64,000 nucleotides of DNA from Candidatus Melainabacteria bacterium SSGW_16 (GTDB taxonomy: Bacteria > Cyanobacteriota > Vampirovibrionia > 2-02-FULL-35-15): positions 446 through 64,445 of the forward strand of contig DUDS01000019.1 of assembly GCA_004769085.1 (NCBI GenBank). The letters run 5' to 3'. Both the position numbers and the translations under genes were made by a program. The first letter of the stretch is position 1. Every line of letters begins with the position of its first letter. This document shows, in pieces, positions 26,730 to 36,873 of the stretch. The notes beneath the pieces are model-generated. The model saw nothing but the letters and a program-made list of their open reading frames with translations. It did no database searches and had not been told where the DNA came from.

Positions 26730-27482
26730 CACAAGTACCACTGTTTCAGAAAGTTCAACTATTGCACCATAAGTATCCCCACTGTGTCCTTTAAAATGGG
26801 AATTCAGCCAATAAGCTATTAGTAAACTTACAAAAACTGATATGAAAATAAAAACCAACACCATAAAACTAAAATTAAAATCTGACAGACAGATGTAGGC
26901 AAAAAATATTATTAAAAAAACAATCAGATTAACAAAAAAATCAAATGGTTTTTTAACTCCGCTTAAAATCAAATTTGCACTCAATGAGTGTTTATTATTT
27001 GAACCTAAAAAAGTAAATGAGTAAATCACAATTAGCCTCGCAATAACAGGTGCTAATAGAATCACAAAAAATAATTTATTTAAAAGTATAGTACATAAAG
27101 AAATAATCTTAAAAAGAATTACAAATATTCCACCCATGGCTCCAAATGCCCCGATTCTACTATCTTTTAAGGCTTCTATCTTTCTTTCTTTTTCTTTACA
27201 ACCAATTCCATCAAAGGTATCAAAAACACCATCCAGGTGTAATCCCCCAGTAATAAGGACCCACAATAAAACAATTAAAAGTGATGAAAATAAGATTGGT
27301 AAGTTACTTCCAGTTAATAATTTAGCTACAAAATAAAGAATGCCACCAATAATAAATCCAATCAAAACAAAAAAGGGTGCAATTCTTCCCCAGTCTTCTT
27401 TTGTAGCTTTTGGCAAAGGTGGCGCAGGAAGTTTTGTTAAAAAAAGCCATGCATAAAAGAATCTATGAAGTGTTTTTATCAT
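26700..27482 (-). CDS. cobS: Adenosylcobinamide-GDP ribazoletransferase (cobalamin synthase)
   Basis: Polytopic membrane protein with a GGLHLDGVFDTFDGIG motif (the CobS LDGLADTADG signature). Confidence 0.75.
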   Translation of the reverse strand: MIKTLHRFFYAWLFLTKLPAPPLPKATKEDWGRIAPFFVLIGFIIGGILYFVAKLLTGSNLPILFSSLLIVLLWVLITGGLHLDGVFDTFDGIGCKEKERKIEALKDSRIGAFGAMGGIFVILFKIISLCTILLNKLFFVILLAPVIARLIVIYSFTFLGSNNKHSLSANLILSGVKKPFDFFVNLIVFLIIFFAYICLSDFNFSFMVLVFIFISVFVSLLIAYWLNSHFKGHSGDTYGAIVELSETVVLVLGMLFKSIY

Positions 27483-27483
27483 T

Positions 27484-28764
27484 CTAGGAATCTTTCAGTC
27501 TAATTTTTACTGCATCTCCATGAGCTTTTAAGCCTTCTGCACTGGCAAGCTCAACTACATCTTTTGCAACTGATTTAAATGACTTTTCAGAAAACGATAA
27601 AATTGATATCTTTTTTATAAAATCCATTACTGTGAGTCCGCTTGAAAATCTTGCAGTACCACCAGTAGGAAGACAGTGGCTGGGTCCAGCCACATAGTCA
27701 CCAACTGATTCACAGGAATATTCGCCTACAAATATAGCCCCAGCATGCCTTATCTTATTAATCAGAGATGAAGGATTTCTTACTATGACTTCAAGATGCT
27801 CAGGAGCAAAGAGATTTATCAAATCAGCTGATTTTTGAATATTGTTTACAACAGCAATTACACTGTTTTTTCTCCAGGATTTTAATACTGTTTTTCTATT
27901 CGGCAGACTTTTTGCAAAATTTAAGATATTCTTCTCCACTTCTTTACCAAAACCATAGTTGTCCGTCACCAATAGAGCAGATTCAAGCCCGCTCCCATGC
28001 TCTAACTGACTCAATAAATCCATTGCAACATGAGAAGGGTTTGCAAATCTGTCAGCAATAATTGCAATTTCACTGGGTCCATAAAGTCCATCAATCCCAA
28101 CCTCTCCATAAACTATTTTTTTTGCCAGTGTAACAAATACATTCCCAGGCCCAACAATTTTATCCACTGGTTTTATTGTTTCAGTGCCAAATGCTGCTGC
28201 TGCAACTGCCTGGGCACCTCCAGCCTGATAAATCTCATTTATCCCCAAAATCTTACATGCAGCAAGTATTCCATCATGTACAGGTGGTGGTGTAAAAATA
28301 GCTATCCGTTTTACTCCTGCCACCTTTGCAGGAATAACAGTCATTAATACAGTAGAGATAAGTGGAATTTTACCGCCAGGTATATAAACTCCAACCGAAT
28401 CAAGAGGAATATATTTATAGCCTAATTTTTCACCATTTCCAAATGTTTTAAGCCAGCTCTTAGGAACATTTGTTTTTTGAAATTGTTCAACTCTTTTTGC
28501 AGCTCGTTTTATTGATAGAAGCAGACTCTTTTTTATTTTTTTAGAATCATTGCTTAGTTTTTTATGGGATATCCTGAAATCTAAAATATCAACATTGTCG
28601 AACTTCTTCGAATAAAGAATTAATGCTTTATCACCATTTTTCCTTACATTTTCAACTATTTTTTCAACAGTCTTAAATTCTTTTTTTCTCTGAGACAGAT
28701 TAAACCTGGATTTCATTACCAGGATTTTTCTCTTTATTTTTTTTAAGTCAGTTATTATTGACAT
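27484..28764 (-). CDS. hisD: Histidinol dehydrogenase
   Basis: LDSVGVYIPGGKIPLISTVLMTVIPAKVAGV and SQLEHGSGLESALLVT motifs; 426 aa. Confidence 0.85.
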   Translation of the reverse strand: MSIITDLKKIKRKILVMKSRFNLSQRKKEFKTVEKIVENVRKNGDKALILYSKKFDNVDILDFRISHKKLSNDSKKIKKSLLLSIKRAAKRVEQFQKTNVPKSWLKTFGNGEKLGYKYIPLDSVGVYIPGGKIPLISTVLMTVIPAKVAGVKRIAIFTPPPVHDGILAACKILGINEIYQAGGAQAVAAAAFGTETIKPVDKIVGPGNVFVTLAKKIVYGEVGIDGLYGPSEIAIIADRFANPSHVAMDLLSQLEHGSGLESALLVTDNYGFGKEVEKNILNFAKSLPNRKTVLKSWRKNSVIAVVNNIQKSADLINLFAPEHLEVIVRNPSSLINKIRHAGAIFVGEYSCESVGDYVAGPSHCLPTGGTARFSSGLTVMDFIKKISILSFSEKSFKSVAKDVVELASAEGLKAHGDAVKIRLKDS

Positions 28765-28782
28765 ATTTATTATTATATAGAC

Positions 28783-29658
28783 CTAAGGTTCCACATGGAC
28801 AGTTACTTTACAGTTACCGAAATCACTTTTTAATTTGTCTTCAACCTTATCAGCAAGCTGATGTGCACCATATAAATCTTTAGGAGCTACTTTAATCTTG
28901 CATTCAATAAATGAAACATATGGACTTCGTCTGGAATAAATATCGTAACATTCAATAACACCACTGACTGAAAGAGCTGATTCTGAGACTACTTTAGGAT
29001 CAACCCATACCTCATCTACAAGGATAGGAACAGTACTTGTAAGGATCTCATATCCAGCTTTAATCACAAAAATTGCAATAGCTATTCCAACAATTGGATC
29101 AACCCACAAAAACCCCTTTGCTATAAAAACCTGGGATAAAATAACTGATATGGTAATAAGAATATCTGACCCTGTATGAGATGAATCGGCAATAAGTAAA
29201 TCACTTTTTAGTTTTTTCCCCATGTATCTTTCATAAATCCAGACAATTAAATTAATTACTAAAGTCAGAACAAGAAGCCAGACAATTTCCTTTCTATATA
29301 CAGGTAAATTCACAGGATGAATCAGTCTGGATATAGAATTTTTTATAATTTCAAGACATGCAATAGCCAGAAATATGACAATCCCAAATGCAGAAAGAGT
29401 TTCAAACTTACCATGTCCATAAGGATGTTTATCATCCGGAGGTTCAACTGCAAACCGTAAAACAAAAAAACCAACAAGGTTATTTATAGCATCAAAAGCA
29501 GAATGTACAGCACCTCCAATAATACCCAGGGATCTTGTAGCAATTCCTGAAATTATATCTATTACTAAAACCAGTATATTTAATACAAAGATGTACAACA
29601 AAACTTTTTTAGTTTCTGTTGAATATTCAGATATATCATTTATGGCTGTTGTTTTCAT
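28783..29658 (-). CDS. Cation diffusion facilitator (CDF) family metal efflux transporter
   Basis: Six TM helices, HSAFDAINNLVG in TM2 and DxxxH-type motifs, and a C-terminal cytoplasmic domain. Confidence 0.8.
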   Translation of the reverse strand: MKTTAINDISEYSTETKKVLLYIFVLNILVLVIDIISGIATRSLGIIGGAVHSAFDAINNLVGFFVLRFAVEPPDDKHPYGHGKFETLSAFGIVIFLAIACLEIIKNSISRLIHPVNLPVYRKEIVWLLVLTLVINLIVWIYERYMGKKLKSDLLIADSSHTGSDILITISVILSQVFIAKGFLWVDPIVGIAIAIFVIKAGYEILTSTVPILVDEVWVDPKVVSESALSVSGVIECYDIYSRRSPYVSFIECKIKVAPKDLYGAHQLADKVEDKLKSDFGNCKVTVHVEP

Positions 29659-29729
29659 TCTTACAATAATATATTTTATATTATCCCTTTAAGAAATTTT
29701 GTTGTTAGGAATAAGATATAATCTAACTT

Positions 29730-30500
29730 GTGCGAATACTTATATCAAATGATGATGGAATTCATTCAAGCGGGATTAAATCACTAGCTGAAGCAGTTTC
29801 AAAAGAACATGAAGTCTATGTCGTTGCTCCTGACAGAGAAAGAAGTGCAACAGGGCATTCTCTAACACTCCACAGACCTCTCAGGCTTGATGAAGTAACC
29901 CACCTTTCAGGAGTATCAATTGCATATTCAACTGACGGTACCCCAAGCGATTGCGTAAAAATTGCAATAGGAGCAATTTTAAAAGAACCTCCGGAAATAG
30001 TACTTTCCGGAATCAACCATGGTCCAAACATGGGATCTGATGTATTGTACTCTGGCACAGTCAGTGCAGCAATGGAAGGTGCCATTTACAACATTCCAAG
30101 CATAGCCATAAGCCTGGCGGACAATAAACCTCAGGACTTTACATCTGCTGCACTTTTTATTACTAAACTTTTAAAAATAATTCCTCAGATAAAATTCCCT
30201 GATAGAACCCTTCTAAACATAAACATACCACCTCTTCCTGTTGAAGAAATTGCAGGGATTCAGATTACAGAATTAGGTGTGAGGCCTTATAACGACTATT
30301 TTGTAAAAAGAGTCGATCCGCGGGGTAGAACCTATTACTGGTTAGCTGGAGAAGCTGTAGAAGAAAATGAACTCCCCGGCACAGACGTATTTGCTGTAAG
30401 GAATAATATGATTTCAATTACACCTGTTACAGTTCATATGACAAATAGATCTATGTTGCCTGAGCTAAAGGATTGGGTTAAACAGATAAAAATAAATTAA
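29730..30500 (+). CDS. surE: 5'/3'-nucleotidase SurE
   Basis: GTG start. MRILISNDDGIHSSGIKSLAEAV...VYVVAPDRERSATGHSLTLHRPLR is the canonical SurE N-terminus. Confidence 0.85.
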   Translation: MRILISNDDGIHSSGIKSLAEAVSKEHEVYVVAPDRERSATGHSLTLHRPLRLDEVTHLSGVSIAYSTDGTPSDCVKIAIGAILKEPPEIVLSGINHGPNMGSDVLYSGTVSAAMEGAIYNIPSIAISLADNKPQDFTSAALFITKLLKIIPQIKFPDRTLLNINIPPLPVEEIAGIQITELGVRPYNDYFVKRVDPRGRTYYWLAGEAVEENELPGTDVFAVRNNMISITPVTVHMTNRSMLPELKDWVKQIKIN

Positions 30501-30588
30501 AAAATCACTCAAAAAGAACTTCTCTCTATTTTAAGTAAAAACTACAATCTGGGAAGAGTTGACCTATAATAATCACGGTTGTTACTAC

Positions 30589-31050
30589 TCATGATTTAAG
30601 TTGAAAAACACAGACAGTACAGTGACCTTTTGGCGATTTTACCTTTTGATCATTTAAATCAAAACCTTCCTGTATCCAGATTCTCAGAGGGTTCTCACAA
30701 ACAGGACATGAAATATTTGAATTGCCTGAAAGTATTTGTTCTTGTATTCTTTCTATCACCTCATACGGAGGATATTTCATTTGTTCTTCACTAAATAATT
30801 TTTTAATTTCAACCTCTTCAAGAATATTTGGATCCACCTTTAGCACTCTTGCAATTCTTTGCCTGACTGATGTGGGCAGCCATGTTTCTATACCTGCTTC
30901 TATATCCTCAAGCATTTTTATGGAAACTCTGGCTTGGTGTGACAATTCAGCCATATGAAGTCTTCTGGCATTTCTAAGAAATAAAACTCTTGAACCTAAA
31001 GTATTAGGTAAGCTCTCTTCATGTCCATGAATATATTTTGGTAAATCCAT
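30589..31050 (-). CDS. Putative transcriptional regulator: XRE-like HTH plus C-terminal CxxC...CxxC zinc ribbon
   Basis: LFLRNARRLHMAELSHQARVSIKMLEDIEAG is HTH-like. C-terminus has CPVCEN...CTVCVF. It is divergent from gyrA and shares the conserved upstream module region. Confidence 0.5.
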   Translation of the reverse strand: MDLPKYIHGHEESLPNTLGSRVLFLRNARRLHMAELSHQARVSIKMLEDIEAGIETWLPTSVRQRIARVLKVDPNILEEVEIKKLFSEEQMKYPPYEVIERIQEQILSGNSNISCPVCENPLRIWIQEGFDLNDQKVKSPKGHCTVCVFQLKS

Positions 31051-31213
31051 AATTTATGGAAATTATATCAATCAAATAGTCATATTATTTAATAATATTT
31101 GTCGTGTCATTACAACGTTATTCTTACTGTTTTTAAGCCTAAAATACGATAGAATAATCTATTGGAAGTAATAAAGCATGTCGCTAGTAATTAAAATAAA
31201 TCAGTTAATTAGA

Positions 31214-31245
31214 AAAGGTTTTGTCCAATTCATTTGGCAAAACCT
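31214..31245 (+). promoter_or_regulatory. Dyad motif B (aaaggttttgtccaattcatttggcaaaacct) upstream of gyrA
   Basis: Same dyad as 13295-13328; 40 bp upstream of motif A. Confidence 0.55.
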
Positions 31246-31285
31246 GGGAAACGTTAAAGTTGGTTTATTATAAGTACGCTATGCA

Positions 31286-31320
31286 AAGGTGGCGAGTCTC
31301 ATTATGAGCGAGCCACCTGA
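31286..31320 (+). promoter_or_regulatory. Motif A palindrome (aaggtggcgagtctcattatgagcgagccacctga) 14 nt upstream of gyrA start
   Basis: A 35/35 identical copy of the element upstream of the fliN-like operon. No canonical SD lies between it and the ATG. Confidence 0.6.
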
Positions 31321-31334
31321 TTAAAAAAAATTCT

Positions 31335-33827
31335 ATGGCTAAGCAAAAAGATACCATACCGGAAAATCCAGGAAAAATTATTGAAGTAGATATTAAGGAC
31401 GAAATGAGACGTAGTTTTATAGACTACGCCATGAGTGTAATTGTCAGCCGGGCATTACCTGATGCCAGGGATGGATTAAAACCTGTACATAGACGAATAC
31501 TTTTTGCAATGAGTGAGCTTAGTCTGACGCCTGACAAGCCATATAAAAAATGTGCTCGTATAGTTGGAGAAGTTTTAGGTAAATATCACCCACATGGAGA
31601 CACTGCAGTTTATGAAGCACTTGTCAGACTAGCCCAACCATTCAGTTCACGATATCCCCTGATTGACGGTCACGGTAACTTTGGATCACTTGATGATGGT
31701 CCAGCAGCCATGCGTTATACAGAAGCTAAGCTTACCGGCGTATCAACAGAAATACTAAGTGACATTGATTCTGAAACAGTGGATTTTGTTGACAATTTTG
31801 ATGGCAGCCTGAAAGAGCCTGTTTTACTCCCGGCTAAACTACCTGTACTTCTTCTAAATGGCGCAAGTGGGATTGCAGTAGGTATGGCAACAAACATTCC
31901 CCCTCATAATCTTGGCGAAGTATTAGACGGAACAATTGCCCTGGTAGATAATCCCGATATAACAATTGAAGGATTGATGCAGCATATAAAAGGTCCTGAT
32001 TTCCCTTCCGGTGGGCAAATAATGGGTACTGCAGGTATTAAAGAAGCTTTCGAAACAGGACGTGGTTCCATAACAGTTCGCAGCCAGGTTTCGGTCGAAG
32101 AAGTACCAAGTAGCTCGGGAAGAGGCATGGTAACAGGCATAGTTATAACAGAACTTCCATACCTTGTTGGACCTGAAATGGTAATAAATAAAATTGCAGA
32201 TCTTGTAAAAGATGAAAAGATTACAGGAATTGCTGATCTAAATGATGAGTCAGGAAGAGATGGTCTTCGTGTAGTAATAAAACTAAAAAGAGACGCAAAA
32301 CCTGATGTTGTTTTGAATAACTTATACAAACATACCCAAATTCAGGAAACATTTTCTACAAATACTCTTGCACTTATTGGGAAAAAACCAAAAACACTAA
32401 ATCTTAAGGAACTACTTAATGAGTTTGTTGAACACAGAGTTGAAGTAATAACCAGACGATGCAAATTTGAACTTGGAAAAGCAGAAGCAAGGGTACATAT
32501 ACTTGAAGGACTTTTAATAGCACTTGAAAATATCGATGCAATTATAAAACTTATAAGAGCTGCAGCAGATAATGAAAAAGCCAGGGAATCCCTAATTAAA
32601 AAATATAATCTTGATGAACCACAGGCAAATGCCATCCTTGAAATGCAGCTTAGAAGATTAACAGGACTTGAGAGTGAGAAAATTGAAAAAGAAAACAAAG
32701 AACTAAATAAAAGAATTAAGGAGCTTAAGAAAATACTTTCACAAAGACAACTGATTCTTGACATTATTAAGGAAGAGCTTACTGAGATAAAGAAAAAATA
32801 TGCAGACTCCCGTAGAACAAAGATTGTACCTGCTGCTGAAGAATTTTCTGCTGAAGATTTAATTCCAAATGAAAGAATGGTTGTCTTTTTAACCGAAAAA
32901 GGTTATATGAAGCGCATTCCGCTTACAAAATTTGAAAGACAAAACAGAGCAACAAGAGGAAAAGGCGGCATAAAAACCCGAGAAGAAGATGCTGTAGAAC
33001 ATTTTCTTACTGCTAACATGCACGATACACTTCTTTTCTTTACGCAAGGTGGTTCTGTTTTCAGCGCAAAAGTATATGATGTTGTAGAAGGAAGTGCCCA
33101 GCATAAAGGGCAGGCTATTTTCAATCTTGTTTCAATCAGACAGGATGACAAAGTTACTGCTATTTATACAGCAAGTGAGTTCAAAGAAGACAATTATTTC
33201 GTAATGCTTACAAAACTAGGTGTTATCAAAAAGATCTCAATGGATAATTTTGAGAGTGTAAGAAGATCTGGCATTGTTGCTATGAACATAGATGAAGGCG
33301 ATCAACTTTCCTGGGTTAGAAGAAGCTATGGCAGTGATCACATTATAATAGGCACTTATGACGGCATGGTTTTAAGATTTGCAGAAGAAGATTTAAGGCC
33401 GCTTGGAAGAACAGCAAGAGGTGTAAGAGCTATAAATCTACGAGAAGGTGATTATGTTGTTGGTTTTGATACTTTTGGCTCAGACTCAAAAGATCAAATA
33501 CTTCTTGTAACTACTGATGGATTTGGAAAAAGAGTTGAAATTGAAGAATTTAGAGTGCAGAATCGATCAGGAATAGGTTTAATTGGTACAAAATTTAAAT
33601 CAGAATCAAGCCACTTGGCTTCATTAAGAGTAGTAAAAGATACTGATGAAGTAATTATTGCTTCAGCACAAGGTGTTGTTCTTCGATCCAAAACAGGTGA
33701 TATTAGCTGTCAAAGCAGAATGGCTACAGGTGTAAGACTTCAAAGGCTTGACGAAGAAGATTATGTAGCATCAGTGACAAAACATACAGAAGAAGAAAGT
33801 AAGCTTGAAAGCGGTCCAGTAGATTAG
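31335..33827 (+). CDS. gyrA: DNA gyrase subunit A
   Basis: [29 protein letters not shown] plus the active-site Tyr region; 830 aa with a C-terminal beta-pinwheel domain. Confidence 0.9.
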   Translation: MAKQKDTIPENPGKIIEVDIKDEMRRSFIDYAMSVIVSRALPDARDGLKPVHRRILFAMSELSLTPDKPYKKCARIVGEVLGKYHPHGDTAVYEALVRLAQPFSSRYPLIDGHGNFGSLDDGPAAMRYTEAKLTGVSTEILSDIDSETVDFVDNFDGSLKEPVLLPAKLPVLLLNGASGIAVGMATNIPPHNLGEVLDGTIALVDNPDITIEGLMQHIKGPDFPSGGQIMGTAGIKEAFETGRGSITVRSQVSVEEVPSSSGRGMVTGIVITELPYLVGPEMVINKIADLVKDEKITGIADLNDESGRDGLRVVIKLKRDAKPDVVLNNLYKHTQIQETFSTNTLALIGKKPKTLNLKELLNEFVEHRVEVITRRCKFELGKAEARVHILEGLLIALENIDAIIKLIRAAADNEKARESLIKKYNLDEPQANAILEMQLRRLTGLESEKIEKENKELNKRIKELKKILSQRQLILDIIKEELTEIKKKYADSRRTKIVPAAEEFSAEDLIPNERMVVFLTEKGYMKRIPLTKFERQNRATRGKGGIKTREEDAVEHFLTANMHDTLLFFTQGGSVFSAKVYDVVEGSAQHKGQAIFNLVSIRQDDKVTAIYTASEFKEDNYFVMLTKLGVIKKISMDNFESVRRSGIVAMNIDEGDQLSWVRRSYGSDHIIIGTYDGMVLRFAEEDLRPLGRTARGVRAINLREGDYVVGFDTFGSDSKDQILLVTTDGFGKRVEIEEFRVQNRSGIGLIGTKFKSESSHLASLRVVKDTDEVIIASAQGVVLRSKTGDISCQSRMATGVRLQRLDEEDYVASVTKHTEEESKLESGPVD

Positions 33828-33902
33828 TACTCTTTTCCTTTGTAAGGTTTTTGGAAGACTCAGCCCTTACCAAACAAAATCATGTTATAAGGAGTAGTAA
33901 AA

Positions 33903-34706
33903 ATGGAGAGAAAAAATATGAATGTATCAGCTGTTACTGCTAGTCCAAAAACTTATACCAGGAAAACCTTAGCAAATATGATTGATCATACCGTTTTAAA
34001 ACAAAATGCAACTGAAAAAGATATAAGGTCAGGTGCTTCTAGTGCTATTCAACGTGATTTTCGTGCTTTTGTTGTAGAGCCTCATCATGCAGCATTTGTA
34101 ATAAGACAAAATTTGCTTGCAAAGAGTAGTGTTTTCTGTGCAGCTGTTTGTGATTTTCCTAAAGCAGGTAGTACTACTAGAATGAGGGTTTCAATGATAA
34201 ACGAGCTTCTTGGTTTAGGGGTAGATGAGGTTGATATTGTTTCTAAATTTTATTTATTGTTAAATGATAACTATCCTGAATATAAAGAAGATATTAGAGA
34301 AGTAGTAAAAGCAATGAGAGGCAAAACATTAAAGATTATTCTTGAATGTGATTATTTAAATGAAGCACAAATAAGAAAGGCAACTGATTTAATTTGTGAG
34401 GTTGCAAAAGAAGAAAAAGCCAAATACCTGATTGTAAAAACGAATACGGGTTTTGCAAAAGAAATAAAGACTGAAAATACAGATGCATTAAGATATATCA
34501 AAGAGACTTTGGAAAAACATGGGCTTTACGCAGAAAGATTGGAAGATATTTCAAATGGCAAGATAGGCATAAAGGTTTCAGCCAGGGTTAAAACAACAGA
34601 TTCTGCAATAACCTTGCTAAATGCAGGAGCTCATATTATTGGTACAAGCAGTGGTGAGGAAATTGTGGATGGAGTTTCAAGCAACAAGACTGATTCATCT
34701 TACTAA
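33903..34706 (+). CDS. deoC: Deoxyribose-phosphate aldolase (DeoC/LacD aldolase family)
   Basis: IDHTVLKQNATEKDI..., CAAVCDFPKAGSTT (compare CTVIGFPLGA), GVDEVDIVSK (compare GADEIDMVIN), and LKIILECDYL. Confidence 0.55.
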   Translation: MERKNMNVSAVTASPKTYTRKTLANMIDHTVLKQNATEKDIRSGASSAIQRDFRAFVVEPHHAAFVIRQNLLAKSSVFCAAVCDFPKAGSTTRMRVSMINELLGLGVDEVDIVSKFYLLLNDNYPEYKEDIREVVKAMRGKTLKIILECDYLNEAQIRKATDLICEVAKEEKAKYLIVKTNTGFAKEIKTENTDALRYIKETLEKHGLYAERLEDISNGKIGIKVSARVKTTDSAITLLNAGAHIIGTSSGEEIVDGVSSNKTDSSY

Positions 34707-34733
34707 TTCAGAAGAAGTAGTGGAGTTCAATAT

Positions 34734-35519
34734 TTATTTATAGTTTTGTTTTGTCAGCAGGTTTTCCAGATCTTTTCTTAAGAATAAATAACCTTCATAA
34801 CCATTTTTGGTTTTATATGTCTCTGAGACTTTTAAAGTCCCGCTGTTAACTAATTCATAGAGCCTATCTTTTGGCATACTTAAATATTCAGCAGCCTCAA
34901 AAGATTTTAATTTATCAGTTTGAGCGCTTTCAATATAATCAAGCAGCTCCTGTTTTCTTTTTTTTATTTCTTCCAGGCAAATTAAAAGTATTTTTGCAGT
35001 AGCCTTTGCATCTTCAAGAGCACGGTGTCTTTTTTCAGTCTGTATATTAAAATGTGTTATAAGATCCCCCAGTTTTCTGCTTTTTAAATCAGGGAATAAA
35101 ATACGGGTGGTCTTAACGGTACAAAAAAAAGTAAGGCTATCAAGCCCTGCCATAGGTAAATTAAGGGTTTTAAGATATTTATAGATAAAATCATAATCAA
35201 ACATCACATTATGGGCACAAAAGAAATCAGAACCTTTAATAAAATCAACCCACTCAGTTAAAACACTATTAATTCCTGGCGCATTTTCAACATCTTCATT
35301 TTTAATTCCTGTCATATCAGTAATAAATGAAGGAACCAGATTGTTTGGTTTCACATAAGAACAATATTCATCAGTAATTTTGCAATTATGGACTTTTACA
35401 CTTGCAATTTCAATAATTTCAGAGTCTTCGGGCTTTTGGCCTGTAGTTTCTATATCGGTTACACAAAAAGTCTTTGTAAGGTTTTCTTCCAGATTTAAAA
35501 GGAAATTCTTAGTTAGCAT
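34734..35519 (-). CDS. DEDDh 3'-5' exonuclease (DnaQ/Pol III epsilon-like) with C-terminal extension
   Basis: FCVTDIETTGQKPEDSEIIEIASVKV (Exo I), FFCAHNVMFDYDFI (Exo II), and HRALEDAKATAKIL (Exo III). Confidence 0.65.
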   Translation of the reverse strand: MLTKNFLLNLEENLTKTFCVTDIETTGQKPEDSEIIEIASVKVHNCKITDEYCSYVKPNNLVPSFITDMTGIKNEDVENAPGINSVLTEWVDFIKGSDFFCAHNVMFDYDFIYKYLKTLNLPMAGLDSLTFFCTVKTTRILFPDLKSRKLGDLITHFNIQTEKRHRALEDAKATAKILLICLEEIKKRKQELLDYIESAQTDKLKSFEAAEYLSMPKDRLYELVNSGTLKVSETYKTKNGYEGYLFLRKDLENLLTKQNYK

Positions 35520-35611
35520 TTTATTATTTTAACGCAGTATTGTCATTCCGAGCCCTGAGTGAAACGAAGGGCGTGGCAATCTCCTAACGTTTGTGAGATT
35601 GCTTCGTCGTT

Positions 35612-36859
35612 TCACTCCTCGCAATGACGTGGAACTTTATCCCTATCGTTAGACTCAAAGTATTTTTTACTTTGCAATTCTTTCGGCAGGTACTCTTGAT
35701 CAACCTTTGCATCTTTAAATGAATGTGGATATTTATATCCTTCACCACCAATATTTCTGATATTTAAAGGAACAGGATAGGGTTCAAGCTCGGTTGCATC
35801 TTTAATAGCTTTGTCAATAGAAACAATTGCAGTATTTGATTTGGGAGCACAGGATAGATAAATTACTGCCTGTGAAAGCGGAATCCTTGCTTCAGGCATT
35901 CCAAGAAATTGCGCAGCCTGATAAGCATTTATTGCAACCGTTAGAGCATTATTATCAGCAAGTCCTATGTCTTCCGAAGCAGTAACAAGTATTCGCCTCG
36001 CTACATGAACAGGATCAATCCCTCCTGAAAGCAGTCTGGCTAACCAGTAAAGAGCAGCATCTGGATCAGAACCACGGATAGATTTTTGCAGGGCACTTAC
36101 ACAGTTATAATAACTCTCTGCATCTGTTCCAATCTGAAGCTGTGTATCTTTAAGAGCCTTTTTTACAATATTCTCATCAATTAAAAAATCACTTGTAATT
36201 TTTACTGCCTGTTCAAGATTAAACAAAAGCCTCCTGGCGTCTCCATTTGAGTTTCTAGCCAGGTATTCAGCTGCACTATCAGTAATTTTATGTTTTGGAC
36301 ACCCTAAAGGATGCGATAAAGCTCTGTTTATGAGCTTTTTTAAGCTGTTATTGTCGTGTGGTTTCAGCTCAAGAACTTTTACACGTGAATGAAGAGCTCT
36401 TGTAATTGAAATATGTGGATTTTCAGTAGTTGTCCCTATTAATATTAGCTGACCAGCTTCAACAGATTCAAGCAAAACATCCTGTTGATTTTTTGAAAGC
36501 CTGTGAATTTCATCTATAAATAAAATTGTTCTTCCAGGAATACTTCTAGCACTATCAATTGATTCCCTGAGTTCAGCTACTGATGTACTTGCACCAGAGA
36601 GATAAATAAATTCTTTTCCAGAAATAGTTTGTGCAAGTTTTGCAATTGAGGTTTTCCCAGTACCAGGCGGACCCCACAAAATCAATGAATATGGAGCACC
36701 GCTTTTAAGATATGATGTTAATACCCCATCTTTTCCAAGCAAATGATCCTGACCTATAATGTCACCTGTAGTTGAAGGTCTTATTCTGTATGGAAGCGGC
36801 TTATCCCCTTCAAACAAGTTAATTTGTGAGTCAGATACTAATTTTCTATTTTTTATCAT
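35612..36859 (-). CDS. rarA: Replication-associated recombination protein A (AAA+ ATPase)
   Basis: LILWGPPGTGKTSIAKL Walker A, ILFIDEIHRLSKNQQDVLL Walker B/sensor, and the MgsA C-terminal domain. Confidence 0.85.
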   Translation of the reverse strand: MIKNRKLVSDSQINLFEGDKPLPYRIRPSTTGDIIGQDHLLGKDGVLTSYLKSGAPYSLILWGPPGTGKTSIAKLAQTISGKEFIYLSGASTSVAELRESIDSARSIPGRTILFIDEIHRLSKNQQDVLLESVEAGQLILIGTTTENPHISITRALHSRVKVLELKPHDNNSLKKLINRALSHPLGCPKHKITDSAAEYLARNSNGDARRLLFNLEQAVKITSDFLIDENIVKKALKDTQLQIGTDAESYYNCVSALQKSIRGSDPDAALYWLARLLSGGIDPVHVARRILVTASEDIGLADNNALTVAINAYQAAQFLGMPEARIPLSQAVIYLSCAPKSNTAIVSIDKAIKDATELEPYPVPLNIRNIGGEGYKYPHSFKDAKVDQEYLPKELQSKKYFESNDRDKVPRHCEE

Positions 36860-36873
36860 AGAATTATCTATAT

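Noticed and set aside
29714-29732. TATAAT hexamer 8 nt upstream of the surE GTG start, suggesting a leaderless transcript
   Set aside because: Leaderless initiation on GUG is unusual and there is no supporting evidence. It may simply be AT-rich sequence, so it is not reported as a feature.
31234-31250. Possible sigma-54 promoter (TGGCA-N-...GC) within motif B
   Set aside because: There is no GC dinucleotide at the -12 position with the correct spacing, and the element is a symmetric dyad more consistent with a dimeric regulator site.
31715-33151. Several 60-140 aa minus-strand ORFs inside gyrA
   Set aside because: They are antisense to an unambiguous gyrA reading frame and have Ser/Leu/Phe-rich low-complexity composition.
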